Shown: positions 1 to 10,261, counted from the first letter of the stretch. The stretch is 64,000 bases of DNA from Escherichia coli (GCF_024502345.1 NZ_JALDNN010000001.1), one strand, 5' to 3'. Translations and numbers: made by a program. The notes: generated from the sequence alone by a model not told the origin.

Positions 1-2277
1 ATGTCCGTTAAAGCCTCCGGGCGTTTTGTCCCTCCGTCAGCATTTGCCGCAGGCACCGGTAAGGCGTTTACCGGTGCTTATGCATGGAACGCGCCACGCG
101 AGGCTGTAGGGCGCGAAAGACCTCTTACACGTGACGAGATGCGTCAGGTGCAAGGTGTTTTATCCACGATTAATCGCCTGCCTTACTTTTTGCGTTCGCT
201 GTTTACTTCACGCTATGACTACATCCGGCGCAATAAAAGCCCGGTGCACGGGTTTTATTTCCTCACATCCACTTTTCAGCGTCGTTTATGGCCGCGCATT
301 GAGCGTGTGAATCAGCGCCATGAAATGAACACCGACGCGTCGTTGCTGTTTCTGGCAGAGCGTGACCACTATGCGCGCCTGCCGGGAATGAATGACAAGG
401 AGCTGAAAAAGTTTGCCGCCCGTATCTCATCGCAGCTTTTCATGATGTATGAGGAACTCAGCGATGCCTGGGTGGATGCGCATGGCGAAAAAGAATCACT
501 GTTTACGGATGAGGCGCAGGCTCACCTGTATGGTCATGTTGCTGGCGCTGCACGTGCTTTCAATATTTCCCCTCTCTACTGGAAAAAATACCGTAAAGGG
601 CAGATGACCACGAGGCAGGCATATTCTGCCATTGCCCGTCTGTTTAACGATGAGTGGTGGACTCATCAGCTTAAAGGCCAGCGTATGCGCTGGCATGAAG
701 CGTTACTGATAGCTGTCGGGGAGGTCAATAAAGACCGTTCTCCTTATGCCAGTAAACACGCCATTCGTGATGTGCGTGCGCGCCGCCAGGCAAATCTGGA
801 ATTTCTTAAATCGTGTGACCTTGAAAACAGGGAAACCGGCGAGCGCATCGACCTTATCAGTAAGGTGATGGGCAGTATTTCTAATCCTGAAATTCGCCGG
901 ATGGAGCTGATGAACACCATTGCCGGTATTGAGCGTTACGCCGCTGCAGAGGGTGATGTGGGGATGTTTATCACGCTGACCGCGCCGTCAAAGTATCACC
1001 CGACTCGTCAGGTCAGAAAAGGCGAAAGTAAAACCGTTCAGCTTAATCACGGCTGGAACGATGAGGCATTTAATCCAAAGGATGCGCAGCGTTATCTCTG
1101 CCGCATCTGGAGCCTGATGCGCACGGCATTCAAGGATAATGATTTACAGGTCTACGGTTTGCGTGTCGTCGAGCCACACCACGACGGAACGCCGCACTGG
1201 CATATGATGCTTTTTTGTAATCCACGCCAGCGTAACCAGATTATCGAAATCATGCGTCGCTATGCGCTCAAAGAGGATGGTGACGAAAGAGGAGCCGCGC
1301 GAAACCGTTTTCAGGCAAAGCACCTTAACCGGGGCGGTGCTGCGGGATATATCGCGAAATACATTTCAAAAAATATCGACGGCTATGCACTGGATGGTCA
1401 GCTCGATAACGATACCGGTAAGCCGCTTAAAGATACTGCCGCGGCTGTTACCGCATGGGCGTCAACGTGGCGCATCCCGCAATTTAAAACGGTTGGACTG
1501 CCGACAATGGGGGCTTACCGTGAACTACGCAAATTGCCTCGCGGCGTCAGCATTGCTGATGAGTTTGACGAGCGCGTCGAGGCTGCACGCGCCGCCGCAG
1601 ACAGTGGTGATTTTGCGTTGTATATCAGCGCGCAGGGTGGGGCAAATGTCCCGCGCGATTGTCAGACTGTCAGGGTCGCCCGTAGCCCGTCGGATGACGT
1701 TAACGAGTACGAGGAAGAAGTCGAGAGAGTGGTCGGCATTTACGCGCCGCATCTCGGCGCGCGTCATATTCATATCACCAGAACCACGGACTGGCGCATT
1801 GTGCCGAAAGTGCCGGTCGTTGAGCCTTTGACTTTAAAAAGCGGCATCGCCGCGCCTCGGAGTCCTGTCAATAACTGTAGAAAGCTCTCCGGTGGTGATA
1901 CTTCGTTACCGGCTCCCACACCTTCTGAGCACGCCGCAGCAGTGCTTAATCTGGTTGATGACGGTGTTATCGAATGGAATGACCCGGAGGTCGTGAGGGC
2001 GCTCAGGGGGGCATTAAAACACGACCGGAGAACGCCAAACCGTCAGCAAAGAAACGGAAGCCCGTTAAAACAGCATGAAATGGCACCATCGGCCAGACTG
2101 ACCCGGTCGGAACGAATGCAAATTACCCGTATCCGCGTTGACCTTGCTCAGAACGGTATCAGGCCGCAGCGATGGGAGCTCGACGCGCTGGCGCGTGGCG
2201 CGACCGTAAATTATTACGGGAAATCTTTCAATTATCAGGTCGCTGATGAGTGGCCTGGATTTTTGTTACCCATTTGA
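1..2277 (+). CDS. A: P2 gpA rolling-circle replication initiator endonuclease (758 aa)
   Basis: Begins MSVKASGRFVPP like P2 gpA; HUH-type motif TPHWHMMLF and catalytic tyrosine motif GYIAKYISKN seen in translation. Confidence 0.9.
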   Translation: MSVKASGRFVPPSAFAAGTGKAFTGAYAWNAPREAVGRERPLTRDEMRQVQGVLSTINRLPYFLRSLFTSRYDYIRRNKSPVHGFYFLTSTFQRRLWPRIERVNQRHEMNTDASLLFLAERDHYARLPGMNDKELKKFAARISSQLFMMYEELSDAWVDAHGEKESLFTDEAQAHLYGHVAGAARAFNISPLYWKKYRKGQMTTRQAYSAIARLFNDEWWTHQLKGQRMRWHEALLIAVGEVNKDRSPYASKHAIRDVRARRQANLEFLKSCDLENRETGERIDLISKVMGSISNPEIRRMELMNTIAGIERYAAAEGDVGMFITLTAPSKYHPTRQVRKGESKTVQLNHGWNDEAFNPKDAQRYLCRIWSLMRTAFKDNDLQVYGLRVVEPHHDGTPHWHMMLFCNPRQRNQIIEIMRRYALKEDGDERGAARNRFQAKHLNRGGAAGYIAKYISKNIDGYALDGQLDNDTGKPLKDTAAAVTAWASTWRIPQFKTVGLPTMGAYRELRKLPRGVSIADEFDERVEAARAAADSGDFALYISAQGGANVPRDCQTVRVARSPSDDVNEYEEEVERVVGIYAPHLGARHIHITRTTDWRIVPKVPVVEPLTLKSGIAAPRSPVNNCRKLSGGDTSLPAPTPSEHAAAVLNLVDDGVIEWNDPEVVRALRGALKHDRRTPNRQQRNGSPLKQHEMAPSARLTRSERMQITRIRVDLAQNGIRPQRWELDALARGATVNYYGKSFNYQVADEWPGFLLPI

Positions 2278-2537
2278 GTAAAAATGCAGCGTGATTTTAT
2301 ATGCCTTTGAATGGATTATGCGAAGCGCCTCTAAGGCAGATGAGGAGCAATAGCATGCTGAAGTAGAAGGCTAAATTGTATTGAATCGCTAGCATGTAAT
2401 TTAAGGCAGCTATTTGATTCGAGTCATAAAAGAGCATCTATTTCGGCTAATAAAACCATTGCGAGTGACCTTTTGTCGAAGCATAATTCATCTCGAGCGA
2501 AGTCTTGCTAGTCTTTCATCGGAATGATGACAGGCGC

Positions 2538-2568
2538 AAAAAAACCACCCTGGCAGGTGGTTTTTTTG
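2538..2568. terminator. Bidirectional rho-independent terminator
   Basis: A-run, inverted repeat aaccacc/ggtggtt with loop ctggcag, then T-run (aaaaaaaccaccctggcaggtggttttttt). Confidence 0.6.
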
Positions 2569-2579
2569 TTTGAAGCATA

Positions 2580-2693
2580 CTAAAGAATAATACTTACATG
2601 GATATTACTGACGTTTACTGACAAACCACTTGGACTACCATATGGATAGCCAAAGAGGGCCAGAACGAGAATGCAGTAATAGCACTTCTTCAT
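2580..2693 (-). CDS. Hypothetical small hydrophobic peptide, 37 aa (MKKCYYCILVLALFGYPYGSPSGLSVNVSNIHVSIIL)
   Basis: ATG preceded by SD-like GGAGGAGAT; ORF ends just before the bidirectional terminator at 2538-2568; start overlaps stop of upstream minus-strand ORF 2690-2935 (ATGA); below the 60-aa cutoff of the ORF track. Confidence 0.25.
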   Translation of the reverse strand: MKKCYYCILVLALFGYPYGSPSGLSVNVSNIHVSIIL

Positions 2694-3263
2694 ATCTCCT
2701 CCTGTAAGCAGAGGGCAATTTCCGCCGATATATGCGCTTCTAAGGCGGAGTTACTATTTAGCGAAGTCTTGCCCTGAAATAATGCTCTGTTTAAACGCAA
2801 AGTGATCTGGCATATCACCGAACAGAGAGCCTGAACAACACAACATATAGTATGTCGTTGTTTCTGGTTGCATTTTATGTTGTGTAATACTGGTTTTGCA
2901 TCAAGGATGTTTGAGCTTTTTTTGATATAGCTCAAAGTAAAAAGCAGGGACTACGGATGATAAGGTATTGAAAGCAATGTAAATTTTTTAAAGTTATTGG
3001 TGGCTAAAAAATGCACGGTTTCAATATGGCGGACTTAAATAAGCAATTAAAAAAGTCATAAATATCACTAAAATCATGGTGTTACGTTTTTTGTGGGAGC
3101 TGCGGTGACGCTTAAGTTGATTTGTCATTAAATAAGCCGTGCATGCAACAAGTGAATGTTTTTGCATGCGTCGGGGATGCCCGTTCCAGCTGCTTGCGGT
3201 CAGAGCTGGTGCGGATCCATAGTATCTATGCAACTGCATTAAAACCGACTCATGAAGCGGGCG

Positions 3264-3282
3264 GGCGAGGCGGGGAAAGCAC
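3264..3282. other. cos: P2 cos cohesive-end sequence (19 nt GGCGAGGCGGGGAAAGCAC)
   Basis: Exact string present between gene A and Q, where cos lies in P2; the 19-nt sequence is recalled from P2/186 literature. Confidence 0.6.
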
Positions 3283-3421
3283 TGCGCGCTGGCGGTGGTG
3301 CTGATTTTATTTTTTCAGCGTCTGAGCGCGTCGTGAAGGCGTTTACTTGGCCTGCTGGGCGTTGGTGTGTCTGCGGGGTGTTTTGTGCGGTGGTGAGCGT
3401 GTGAGGGCGTGATGGCGGGGT

Positions 3422-3449
3422 GTAAAAAAGCCGCCCGCAGGCGGCGATG
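3422..3449 (-). terminator. Rho-independent terminator downstream of Q (minus strand)
   Basis: Minus strand reads gccgcctgcgggcggc hairpin followed by a T-run immediately after the Q stop. Confidence 0.55.
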
Positions 3450-3450
3450 T

Positions 3451-4485
3451 TCAGCCGTTGTCAGTGTCCAGTGAGTAGTTTTTAAAGCGGATGACCTCCT
3501 GACCGAGCCAGCCGTTTATCTCGCGGATCCTGTCCTGTAACGGGATAAGCTCATTGCGGACAAAGACCTTTGCCACTTTCTCTATATCACCCAGCGACCC
3601 GACGTTCTCCGGCTTGCCACCCATCAACTGAAAGGGGATGCGGTGCGCGTCCAGCAGGTCTGCGGCGCTGGCTTTTTTGATATTAAAAAAATCATCCTTC
3701 GTTGCCACTTCACTGAGCGGGATAATTTTAATGCCGTCGGCTTTCCCTTGTGGGGCATAGAGAAACAGGTTTTTAAAGTTGTTGCGGCCTTTCGACTTCA
3801 CCATGTTTTCGCGGAGCATTTCGATATCGTTGCGATCCTGCACGGCATCGGTGACGTACATGATGTATCCGGCATGTGCGCCGTTTTCGTAATACTTGCG
3901 GCGGAACAGCGTGGCCGACTCATTCAGCCAGGCAGAGTTAAGGGCGCTGAGATATTCCGGCAGGCCGTACAGCTCCTGATTAATATCCGGCTCCAGCAGG
4001 TGAAACACGGAGCCGGGCGCGAAAGGTGTCGGCTCATGGAAGGACGGCACCCACCAGTAAACATCCTCTTCCACGCCACGGCGGGTATATTTTGCCGGTG
4101 AGGTTTCCAGTCTGATGACCTTACCGGTGGTGCTGTAACGCTTTTCCAGAAACGCATTACCGAACACCAGAAAATCCAGCACAAAGCGGCTGAAATCCTG
4201 CTGGGAAAGCCACGGATGCGGGATAAATGTCGAGGCCAGAATATTGCGTTTGACGTAAATCGGCGAGCTGTGATGCACGGCAGCACGCAGGCTTTTCGCC
4301 AGACCGGTAAAGCTGACCGGCGGCTCATACCATCTGCCGTTACTGATGCACTCGACGTAATCCAGAATGTCACGGCGGTCGAGTACCGGCACCGGCTCAC
4401 CAAAGGTGAATGCCTCCATTTTCGGGGCGCTGGCGGTCATTTTTTTTGCCGCAGGTTGCGGTGTTTTCCCTTTTTTCTTACTCAT
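3451..4485 (-). CDS. Q: P2 gpQ portal protein (344 aa)
   Basis: 344 aa, same length as P2 Q; position next to cos and terminase P; stop overlaps P region. Confidence 0.9.
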   Translation of the reverse strand: MSKKKGKTPQPAAKKMTASAPKMEAFTFGEPVPVLDRRDILDYVECISNGRWYEPPVSFTGLAKSLRAAVHHSSPIYVKRNILASTFIPHPWLSQQDFSRFVLDFLVFGNAFLEKRYSTTGKVIRLETSPAKYTRRGVEEDVYWWVPSFHEPTPFAPGSVFHLLEPDINQELYGLPEYLSALNSAWLNESATLFRRKYYENGAHAGYIMYVTDAVQDRNDIEMLRENMVKSKGRNNFKNLFLYAPQGKADGIKIIPLSEVATKDDFFNIKKASAADLLDAHRIPFQLMGGKPENVGSLGDIEKVAKVFVRNELIPLQDRIREINGWLGQEVIRFKNYSLDTDNG

Positions 4486-6257
4486 CAGTAAAACTCCAGA
4501 ATGGTGGATGTCAGCGGGGTGCTGATACCGGCGGTGAGTGGCTCATTTAACAGGGCGTGCATGGTCGCCCAGGCGAGGTCGGCGTGGCTGGCTTCCTCGC
4601 TGCGGCTGGCCTCATAGGTGGCGCTGCGTCCGCTGCTGGTCATGGTCTTGCGGATAGCCATAAACGAGCTGGTGATGTCGGTGGCGCTGACGTCATATTC
4701 CAGACAGCCACGGCGGATAACGTCTTTTGCCTTGAGCACCATTGCGGTTTTCATTTCCGGCGTGTAGCGGATATCGCGCGCGGCGGGATAGAACGAGCGC
4801 ACGAGCTGGAACACGCCGACACCGAGGCCGGTGGCATCAATCCCGATGTATTCAACGTTATATTTTTCGGTGAGTTTGCGGATGGATTCCGCCTGGGTGG
4901 CAAAGTCCATGCCTTTCCACTGGTGACGCTCAAGTATTCTGAATTTGCCACCGGCCACCACCGGCGGTGCCAGTACCACGCATCCGGCGCTGTCGCCACG
5001 GTGTGACGGGTCGTAACCAATCCATACCGGGCGGGAGCCGAACGGATTGGCGGCAAAGGGTGCATAGTCTTCCCATTCTTCCAGCGTGTCGACCATGCAG
5101 CGTTGCAGCTCCTCGAACGGGAACACCGACGCCTTGTCGTCAACAAATTCACACATGAACAGGTTTTTAAAATCGTCGGCGCTGTTTTCGCGTTTGAGCT
5201 GCTCAATGTCGAACAGCGTGCAGCCACCTTTCAGGGCGTCCTCAATGGTGACAATCTGTCGCCACTGGCCGTCCGCACAGAGAAGCCCACCGGCAAGGGC
5301 GTTATGACTGACGTCGATTTCCACGCGTTCGGCGGCGCTGGCGCGTCCCCGGTTAAACAGTGCACCCGACCAGAACGGGTAGGCGTCGTGCGCCAGCGTG
5401 GACGGGGTGGAGAAATAGGTCGAACGCAGGTGACTCTGTGAGGCCATACCTGATGCCACCTTACGCAGTACCTGAAAATTCGGGATCCAGAAAATCTCGT
5501 CGACGTACAGGTCGCCGTTATGGCTCTGTGCGGTGTTGGAGTTGGTGCCGAGAAAAATCAGTTTTGCGCCGTTATTGCCCAGGACAATCGGGTCACCGGT
5601 CAGGTCAACGTCAACCAGCCGGGCAAAGGCGATGATGTATTCACGGAACACATACGCCTGCGTTTTACTGGCCGACAGAAAAATCTGGTTATGGCCGGTT
5701 TTCAGGGCGCGCAGCAGCGCCTCGCGGGAAAAATAAAACGTTGCGCCAATCTGACGGGATTTCAGGATATCGCGGATGCGGTGCTCAAGCCCGGCGCGAT
5801 ACCAGTGCAGCTGATAGTCGAAAGACTGCTCAAAGAAAATCTGCTCCAGCTTTTCGATGGCCTCGTCACTGAAAAAATTCTTTTTCGGTTTGCGACGCCC
5901 GCCTTTGTTGCGGTTAGCGATGTTCGGATTAAGGTCTGCCTCGTTGCCGGTCTGGCTGTAACGGTTGACCCGTGCCAGTCGTTCAATCTGGCGTCCCAGC
6001 AGGTCAATTTCCTTGAAGTCCCCGCCGGTTTTCTGCGGTTTGATGATGAGCTGGGTCAGCCGCGCTTCCAGACTCATTTCGACACGGCTGATGGGGGCAA
6101 CGCTGTCCCAGCCGTCGCGCTGTTTCCAGCTCTGCACCGTCGGGCGTTTCATCTGCAACATGGCGGCAATCTGCGGCACGGAAAACCCCTGCCAGTACAG
6201 CAGCGCCGCCTGACGACGCGGGTCGTGTAAAAGAGTGGTGTCTGTGGTGATGGTCAT
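4485..6257 (-). CDS. P: P2 gpP terminase large (ATPase) subunit (590 aa from internal ATG)
   Basis: ORF-track frame 4485-6287; start placed at MTITTDTTLL (ATG 6257) to match P2 gpP length; terminase-like translation. Confidence 0.9.
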   Translation of the reverse strand: MTITTDTTLLHDPRRQAALLYWQGFSVPQIAAMLQMKRPTVQSWKQRDGWDSVAPISRVEMSLEARLTQLIIKPQKTGGDFKEIDLLGRQIERLARVNRYSQTGNEADLNPNIANRNKGGRRKPKKNFFSDEAIEKLEQIFFEQSFDYQLHWYRAGLEHRIRDILKSRQIGATFYFSREALLRALKTGHNQIFLSASKTQAYVFREYIIAFARLVDVDLTGDPIVLGNNGAKLIFLGTNSNTAQSHNGDLYVDEIFWIPNFQVLRKVASGMASQSHLRSTYFSTPSTLAHDAYPFWSGALFNRGRASAAERVEIDVSHNALAGGLLCADGQWRQIVTIEDALKGGCTLFDIEQLKRENSADDFKNLFMCEFVDDKASVFPFEELQRCMVDTLEEWEDYAPFAANPFGSRPVWIGYDPSHRGDSAGCVVLAPPVVAGGKFRILERHQWKGMDFATQAESIRKLTEKYNVEYIGIDATGLGVGVFQLVRSFYPAARDIRYTPEMKTAMVLKAKDVIRRGCLEYDVSATDITSSFMAIRKTMTSSGRSATYEASRSEEASHADLAWATMHALLNEPLTAGISTPLTSTILEFY

Positions 6258-6430
6258 GAATACCTCGCCGTGATGAATACACGGCAAGGCTACTGAGTCG
6301 CGCCCCGCGATTCGCTAAGGTGCTGTTGTGTCAGTGATAAGCCATCCGGGACTGATGGCGGAGGATGTGCATCGTCGGGAAACTGATGCCGACATGTGAC
6401 TCCTCTAATCACTATTCAGGACTCCTGACA

Positions 6431-7285
6431 ATGGCAAAAAAAGCATCAAAATTCTTTCGTATCGGCGTTGAGGGTGACACCTGTGACGGGCGTGTCATCA
6501 GTGCGCAGGATATTCAGGAAATGGCCGAAACCTTTGACCCGCGAGTCTATGGTTGCCGCATTAACCTGGAACATCTGCGCGGCATCCTGCCTGACGGTAT
6601 TTTTAAGCGTTATGGCGATGTGGCCGAACTGAAGGCCGAAAAGATTGCCGATGATTCGGCGCTGAAAGGCAAATGGGCGCTGTTTGCGAAAATCACCCCG
6701 ACCGATGACCTTATCGCGATGAACAAGGCCGCGCAGAAGGTCTATACCTCAATGGAAATTCAGCCGAACTTTGCCAATACCGGCAAATGTTATCTGGTGG
6801 GTCTGGCCGTCACCGATGACCCGGCAAGCCTCGGCACGGAATACCTGGAATTCTGCCGCACGGCAAAACACAACCCCCTGAACCGCTTCAAATTAAGCCC
6901 TGAAAACCTGATTTCAGTGGCAACGCCTGTTGAGCTGGAATTTGAAGACCTGCCTGAAACCGTGTTCACCGCCCTGACCGAAAAGGTGAAATCCATTTTT
7001 GGCCGCAAACAGGCCAGCGATGACGCCCGTCTGAATGACGTGCATGAAGCGGTGACCGCTGTTGCTGAACATGTGCAGGAAAAACTGAGTGCCACTGAGC
7101 AGCGCCTCGCTGAGATGGAAACCGCCTTTTCCGCACTTAAGCAGGATGTGACTGACAGGGCGGATGAAACCAGCCAGGCATTCACCCGCCTGAAAAACAG
7201 CCTCGACCACACCGAAAGTCTGACCCAGCAGCGCCGCAGCAAGGCCACCGGCGGTGGCGGTGACGCCCTGATGACGAACTGCTGA
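6431..7285 (+). CDS. O: P2 gpO capsid scaffolding protein (284 aa)
   Basis: Start placed at MAKKASKFFRIGVEGDTC within ORF 6365-7285; divergent from P as in P2. Confidence 0.9.
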   Translation: MAKKASKFFRIGVEGDTCDGRVISAQDIQEMAETFDPRVYGCRINLEHLRGILPDGIFKRYGDVAELKAEKIADDSALKGKWALFAKITPTDDLIAMNKAAQKVYTSMEIQPNFANTGKCYLVGLAVTDDPASLGTEYLEFCRTAKHNPLNRFKLSPENLISVATPVELEFEDLPETVFTALTEKVKSIFGRKQASDDARLNDVHEAVTAVAEHVQEKLSATEQRLAEMETAFSALKQDVTDRADETSQAFTRLKNSLDHTESLTQQRRSKATGGGGDALMTNC

Positions 7286-7343
7286 CCGGCGTCAGTCAGT
7301 CCGGGAAAACCTTCACGATTAACCCTTAATTTCAGGAAAAACT

Positions 7344-8417
7344 ATGCGCCAGGAAACCCGCTTTAAATTTAATGCCTATCTGTCCCGTGTTGCCGAACTG
7401 AACGGCATCGACGCCGGTGATGTGTCGAAAAAATTCACCGTTGAACCGTCGGTCACCCAGACCCTGATGAACACCATGCAGGAGTCCTCTGATTTTCTGA
7501 CCCGCATCAACATTGTGCCGGTCAGCGAAATGAAAGGGGAAAAAATTGGCATCGGTGTCACCGGCTCCATCGCCAGCACCACCGACACCGCCGGTGGCAC
7601 CGAGCGTCAGCCGAAGGACTTCTCGAAGCTGGCGTCAAACAAGTACGAATGCGACCAGATTAACTTCGATTTTTATATCCGCTACAAAACGCTGGACCTG
7701 TGGGCGCGTTATCAGGATTTCCAGCTCCGTGTCCGTAATGCCATTATCAAACGCCAGTCCCTTGATTTAATCATGGCCGGTTTTAACGGCGTGAGGCGTG
7801 CCGAAACCTCTGACCGCAGCAGTAACCCGATGCTGCAGGATGTGGCGGTCGGCTGGCTGCAGAAATACCGCAATGAAGCCCCGGCGCGCGTGATGAGCAA
7901 GGTTACTGACGAGGAAGGTCACACGACCTCTGAGGTCATCCGCGTGGGTAAGGGCGGTGATTATGCCAGCCTCGATGCACTGGTGATGGATGCGACCAAC
8001 AACCTGATTGAGCCGTGGTATCAGGAAGACCCTGACCTTGTGGTGATTGTGGGGCGTCAGCTACTGGCGGACAAGTATTTCCCCATCGTTAACAAGGAGC
8101 AGGACAACAGCGAAATGCTGGCCGCTGACGTCATCATCAGCCAGAAACGCATCGGTAACCTGCCGGCGGTACGCGTCCCGTACTTCCCGGCGGATGCGAT
8201 GCTCATCACGAAGCTGGAAAACCTGTCCATCTACTACATGGATGACAGCCATCGCCGCGTGATTGTGGAAAACCCGAAACTCGACCGCGTGGAGAACTAC
8301 GAGTCAATGAACATTGATTACGTGGTGGAAGACTACGCCGCCGGTTGTCTGGTGGAAAAAATTAAGGTCGGTGATTTCTCCACACCGGCTAAGGCGACCG
8401 CAGAGCCGGGAGCGTAA
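7344..8417 (+). CDS. N: P2 gpN major capsid protein (357 aa)
   Basis: 357 aa, P2 N size and position after O. Confidence 0.9.
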   Translation: MRQETRFKFNAYLSRVAELNGIDAGDVSKKFTVEPSVTQTLMNTMQESSDFLTRINIVPVSEMKGEKIGIGVTGSIASTTDTAGGTERQPKDFSKLASNKYECDQINFDFYIRYKTLDLWARYQDFQLRVRNAIIKRQSLDLIMAGFNGVRRAETSDRSSNPMLQDVAVGWLQKYRNEAPARVMSKVTDEEGHTTSEVIRVGKGGDYASLDALVMDATNNLIEPWYQEDPDLVVIVGRQLLADKYFPIVNKEQDNSEMLAADVIISQKRIGNLPAVRVPYFPADAMLITKLENLSIYYMDDSHRRVIVENPKLDRVENYESMNIDYVVEDYAAGCLVEKIKVGDFSTPAKATAEPGA

Positions 8418-8420
8418 CCG

Positions 8421-9164
8421 ATGACGAGTCCCGCACAGCGCCACATGATGCGGGTCTCGGCAGCGATGACCGCGCAGCGGGAAGCCGCCCCGCTGCGACA
8501 TGCAACTGTCTATGAGCAGATGCTGGTTAAGCTCGCCGCAGACCAGCGCACACTGAAAGCGATTTATTCAAAAGAGCTGAAGGCCGCAAAAAAACGCGAA
8601 CTGCTGCCGTTCTGGTTGCCGTGGGTGAACGGCGTGCTGGAGCAGGGCAAAGGTGCACAGGATGACATTCTGATGACGGTCATGCTGTGGCGTCTGGATA
8701 CCGGCGATATTGCCGGTGCGCTGGAGATTGCCCGTTATGCCCTGAAATACGGCCTGGCCATGCCGGGGAAACACCGCCGTACCCCGCCGTACATGTTCAC
8801 CGAGGAGGTGGCGCTTGCTGCCATGCGCGCTCACGCTGCCGGTGAGTCTGTGGATACCCGCCTGCTGACGGACACCCTTGAACTGACCGCCACGGCTGAC
8901 ATGCCTGATGAAGTGCGCGCAAAGCTGCACAAAATCACCGGTCTGTTTCTGCGTGACGCTGGTGATGCCGCAGGTGCGCTGGCGCATCTGCAACGTGCGA
9001 CACAGCTCGACTGTCAGGCAGGCGTCAAAAAAGAGATTGAACGACTGGAGCGGGAGCTGAAACCGAAGCCGGAGCCGCAGCCCAAAGCGGTCACCCGCGC
9101 CCCGCGTAAGACACGGAGCGTGACACCGGCAAAACGTGGACGCCCGAAAAAGAAAGCCAGTTAA
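8421..9164 (+). CDS. M: P2 gpM terminase small/endonuclease subunit (247 aa)
   Basis: 247 aa, position after N; basic C-terminal tail. Confidence 0.9.
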   Translation: MTSPAQRHMMRVSAAMTAQREAAPLRHATVYEQMLVKLAADQRTLKAIYSKELKAAKKRELLPFWLPWVNGVLEQGKGAQDDILMTVMLWRLDTGDIAGALEIARYALKYGLAMPGKHRRTPPYMFTEEVALAAMRAHAAGESVDTRLLTDTLELTATADMPDEVRAKLHKITGLFLRDAGDAAGALAHLQRATQLDCQAGVKKEIERLERELKPKPEPQPKAVTRAPRKTRSVTPAKRGRPKKKAS

Positions 9165-9263
9165 CAACCGAATGCGCCCCGCGCCAGGGCGGCACGCCGG
9201 TCAGTGAGGGTGAATCACCTGACACTGCACCGGCGTCCACCGCCCGACTTTTCAGAGGTAGTC

Positions 9264-9773
9264 ATGATGACGCTGATTATTCCGCGAAAGGAGGCTCCCG
9301 TGTCCGGTGAGGGTACGGTGGTCATCCCGCAACCGGCAGGCGACGAGCCGGTGATTAAAAACACGTTCTTTTTTCCCGATATCGACCCGAAGCGCGTCCG
9401 GGAACGTATGCGCCTTGAGCAGACCGTCGCCCCCGCCCGTCTGCGTGAGGCCATCAAGTCAGGCATGGCTGAAACGAATGCGGAGCTGTACGAGTACCGC
9501 GAACAGAAAATTGCCGCCGGTTTTACGCGTCTGGCGGACGTCCCGGCGGACGACATCGACGGTGAAAGCATCAAAGTTTTTTACTACGAGCGCGCCGTGT
9601 GTGCGATGGCGACCGCGTCGCTTTATGAGCGTTATCGCGGCGTGGATGCCAGTGCGAAAGGCGACAAGAAGGCTGACAGCATTGACAGCACCATTGATGA
9701 GCTGTGGCGGGATATGCGCTGGGCGGTGGCGCGCATCCAGGGCAAGCCGCGCTGCATCGTGAGTCAAATCTGA
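9264..9773 (+). CDS. L: P2 gpL capsid completion protein (169 aa)
   Basis: Start placed at MMTLIIPRKEAP within ORF 9204-9773. Confidence 0.85.
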   Translation: MMTLIIPRKEAPVSGEGTVVIPQPAGDEPVIKNTFFFPDIDPKRVRERMRLEQTVAPARLREAIKSGMAETNAELYEYREQKIAAGFTRLADVPADDIDGESIKVFYYERAVCAMATASLYERYRGVDASAKGDKKADSIDSTIDELWRDMRWAVARIQGKPRCIVSQI

Positions 9774-9976
9774 TGAAGACCTTTGCGCTACAGGGCGACA
9801 CGCTCGACGCCATTTGTGTCCGGTATTACGGGCGCACTGAGGGCGTGGTTGAGACCGTGCTCGCCGCAAATTCGGGACTGGCTGAACTGGGGGCGGTGCT
9901 GCCACATGGCACCGCCGTCGAACTGCCCGACGTTCAGACCGCGCCCGTGGCTGAAACTGTCAATCTGTGGGAGTAA
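9773..9976 (+). CDS. X: P2 gpX tail protein X (67 aa)
   Basis: MKTFALQGDTLDAI...; ATGA overlap with L stop; P2 X is 67 aa. Confidence 0.85.
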   Translation: MKTFALQGDTLDAICVRYYGRTEGVVETVLAANSGLAELGAVLPHGTAVELPDVQTAPVAETVNLWE

Positions 9977-9979
9977 CGC

Positions 9980-10261
9980 ATGACAGCAGAAGAAAAAAGC
10001 GTCCTGTCGCTTTTCATGATTGGGGTGCTGATTGTTGTCGGCAAGGTGCTTGCCGGTGGTGAACCCATCACCCCGCGTCTGTTTATCGGGCGCATGTTGC
10101 TCGGTGGTTTTGTCTCGATGGTTGCCGGTGTTGTTCTGGTGCAGTTTCCTGACCTGTCACTGCCTGCGGTGTGCGGCATCGGCTCCATGCTGGGTATCGC
10201 CGGTTATCAGGTGATTGAGATTGCCATTCAGCGCCGCTTTAAGGGCAGGGGGAAACAGTAA
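9980..10261 (+). CDS. Y: P2 gpY holin (93 aa)
   Basis: 93 aa with hydrophobic transmembrane segments and charged C-terminus; first gene of lysis cassette. Confidence 0.9.
   Translation: MTAEEKSVLSLFMIGVLIVVGKVLAGGEPITPRLFIGRMLLGGFVSMVAGVVLVQFPDLSLPAVCGIGSMLGIAGYQVIEIAIQRRFKGRGKQ

Noticed and set aside
1262-1831. 189-aa ORF in alternate frame within gene A
   Set aside because: Overlaps gpA in another frame with Arg/Ser-rich low-complexity translation; no start signal
2690-2935. 81-aa minus-strand ORF in the A/cos interval
   Set aside because: Starts with TTG, no clear SD, low-complexity translation; kept only as context for the downstream 37-codon ORF
5520-6230. 236-aa plus-strand ORF and neighbouring short ORFs
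   Set aside because: Antisense within terminase gene P; GC-rich coding DNA commonly yields open antisense frames
6258-6430. Ogr-dependent late promoters (TGT-N12-ACA) between P and O and upstream of FI
   Set aside because: Expected from P2 biology, but I could not find an exact TGT-N12-ACA dyad by eye in either interval, so no coordinates are asserted
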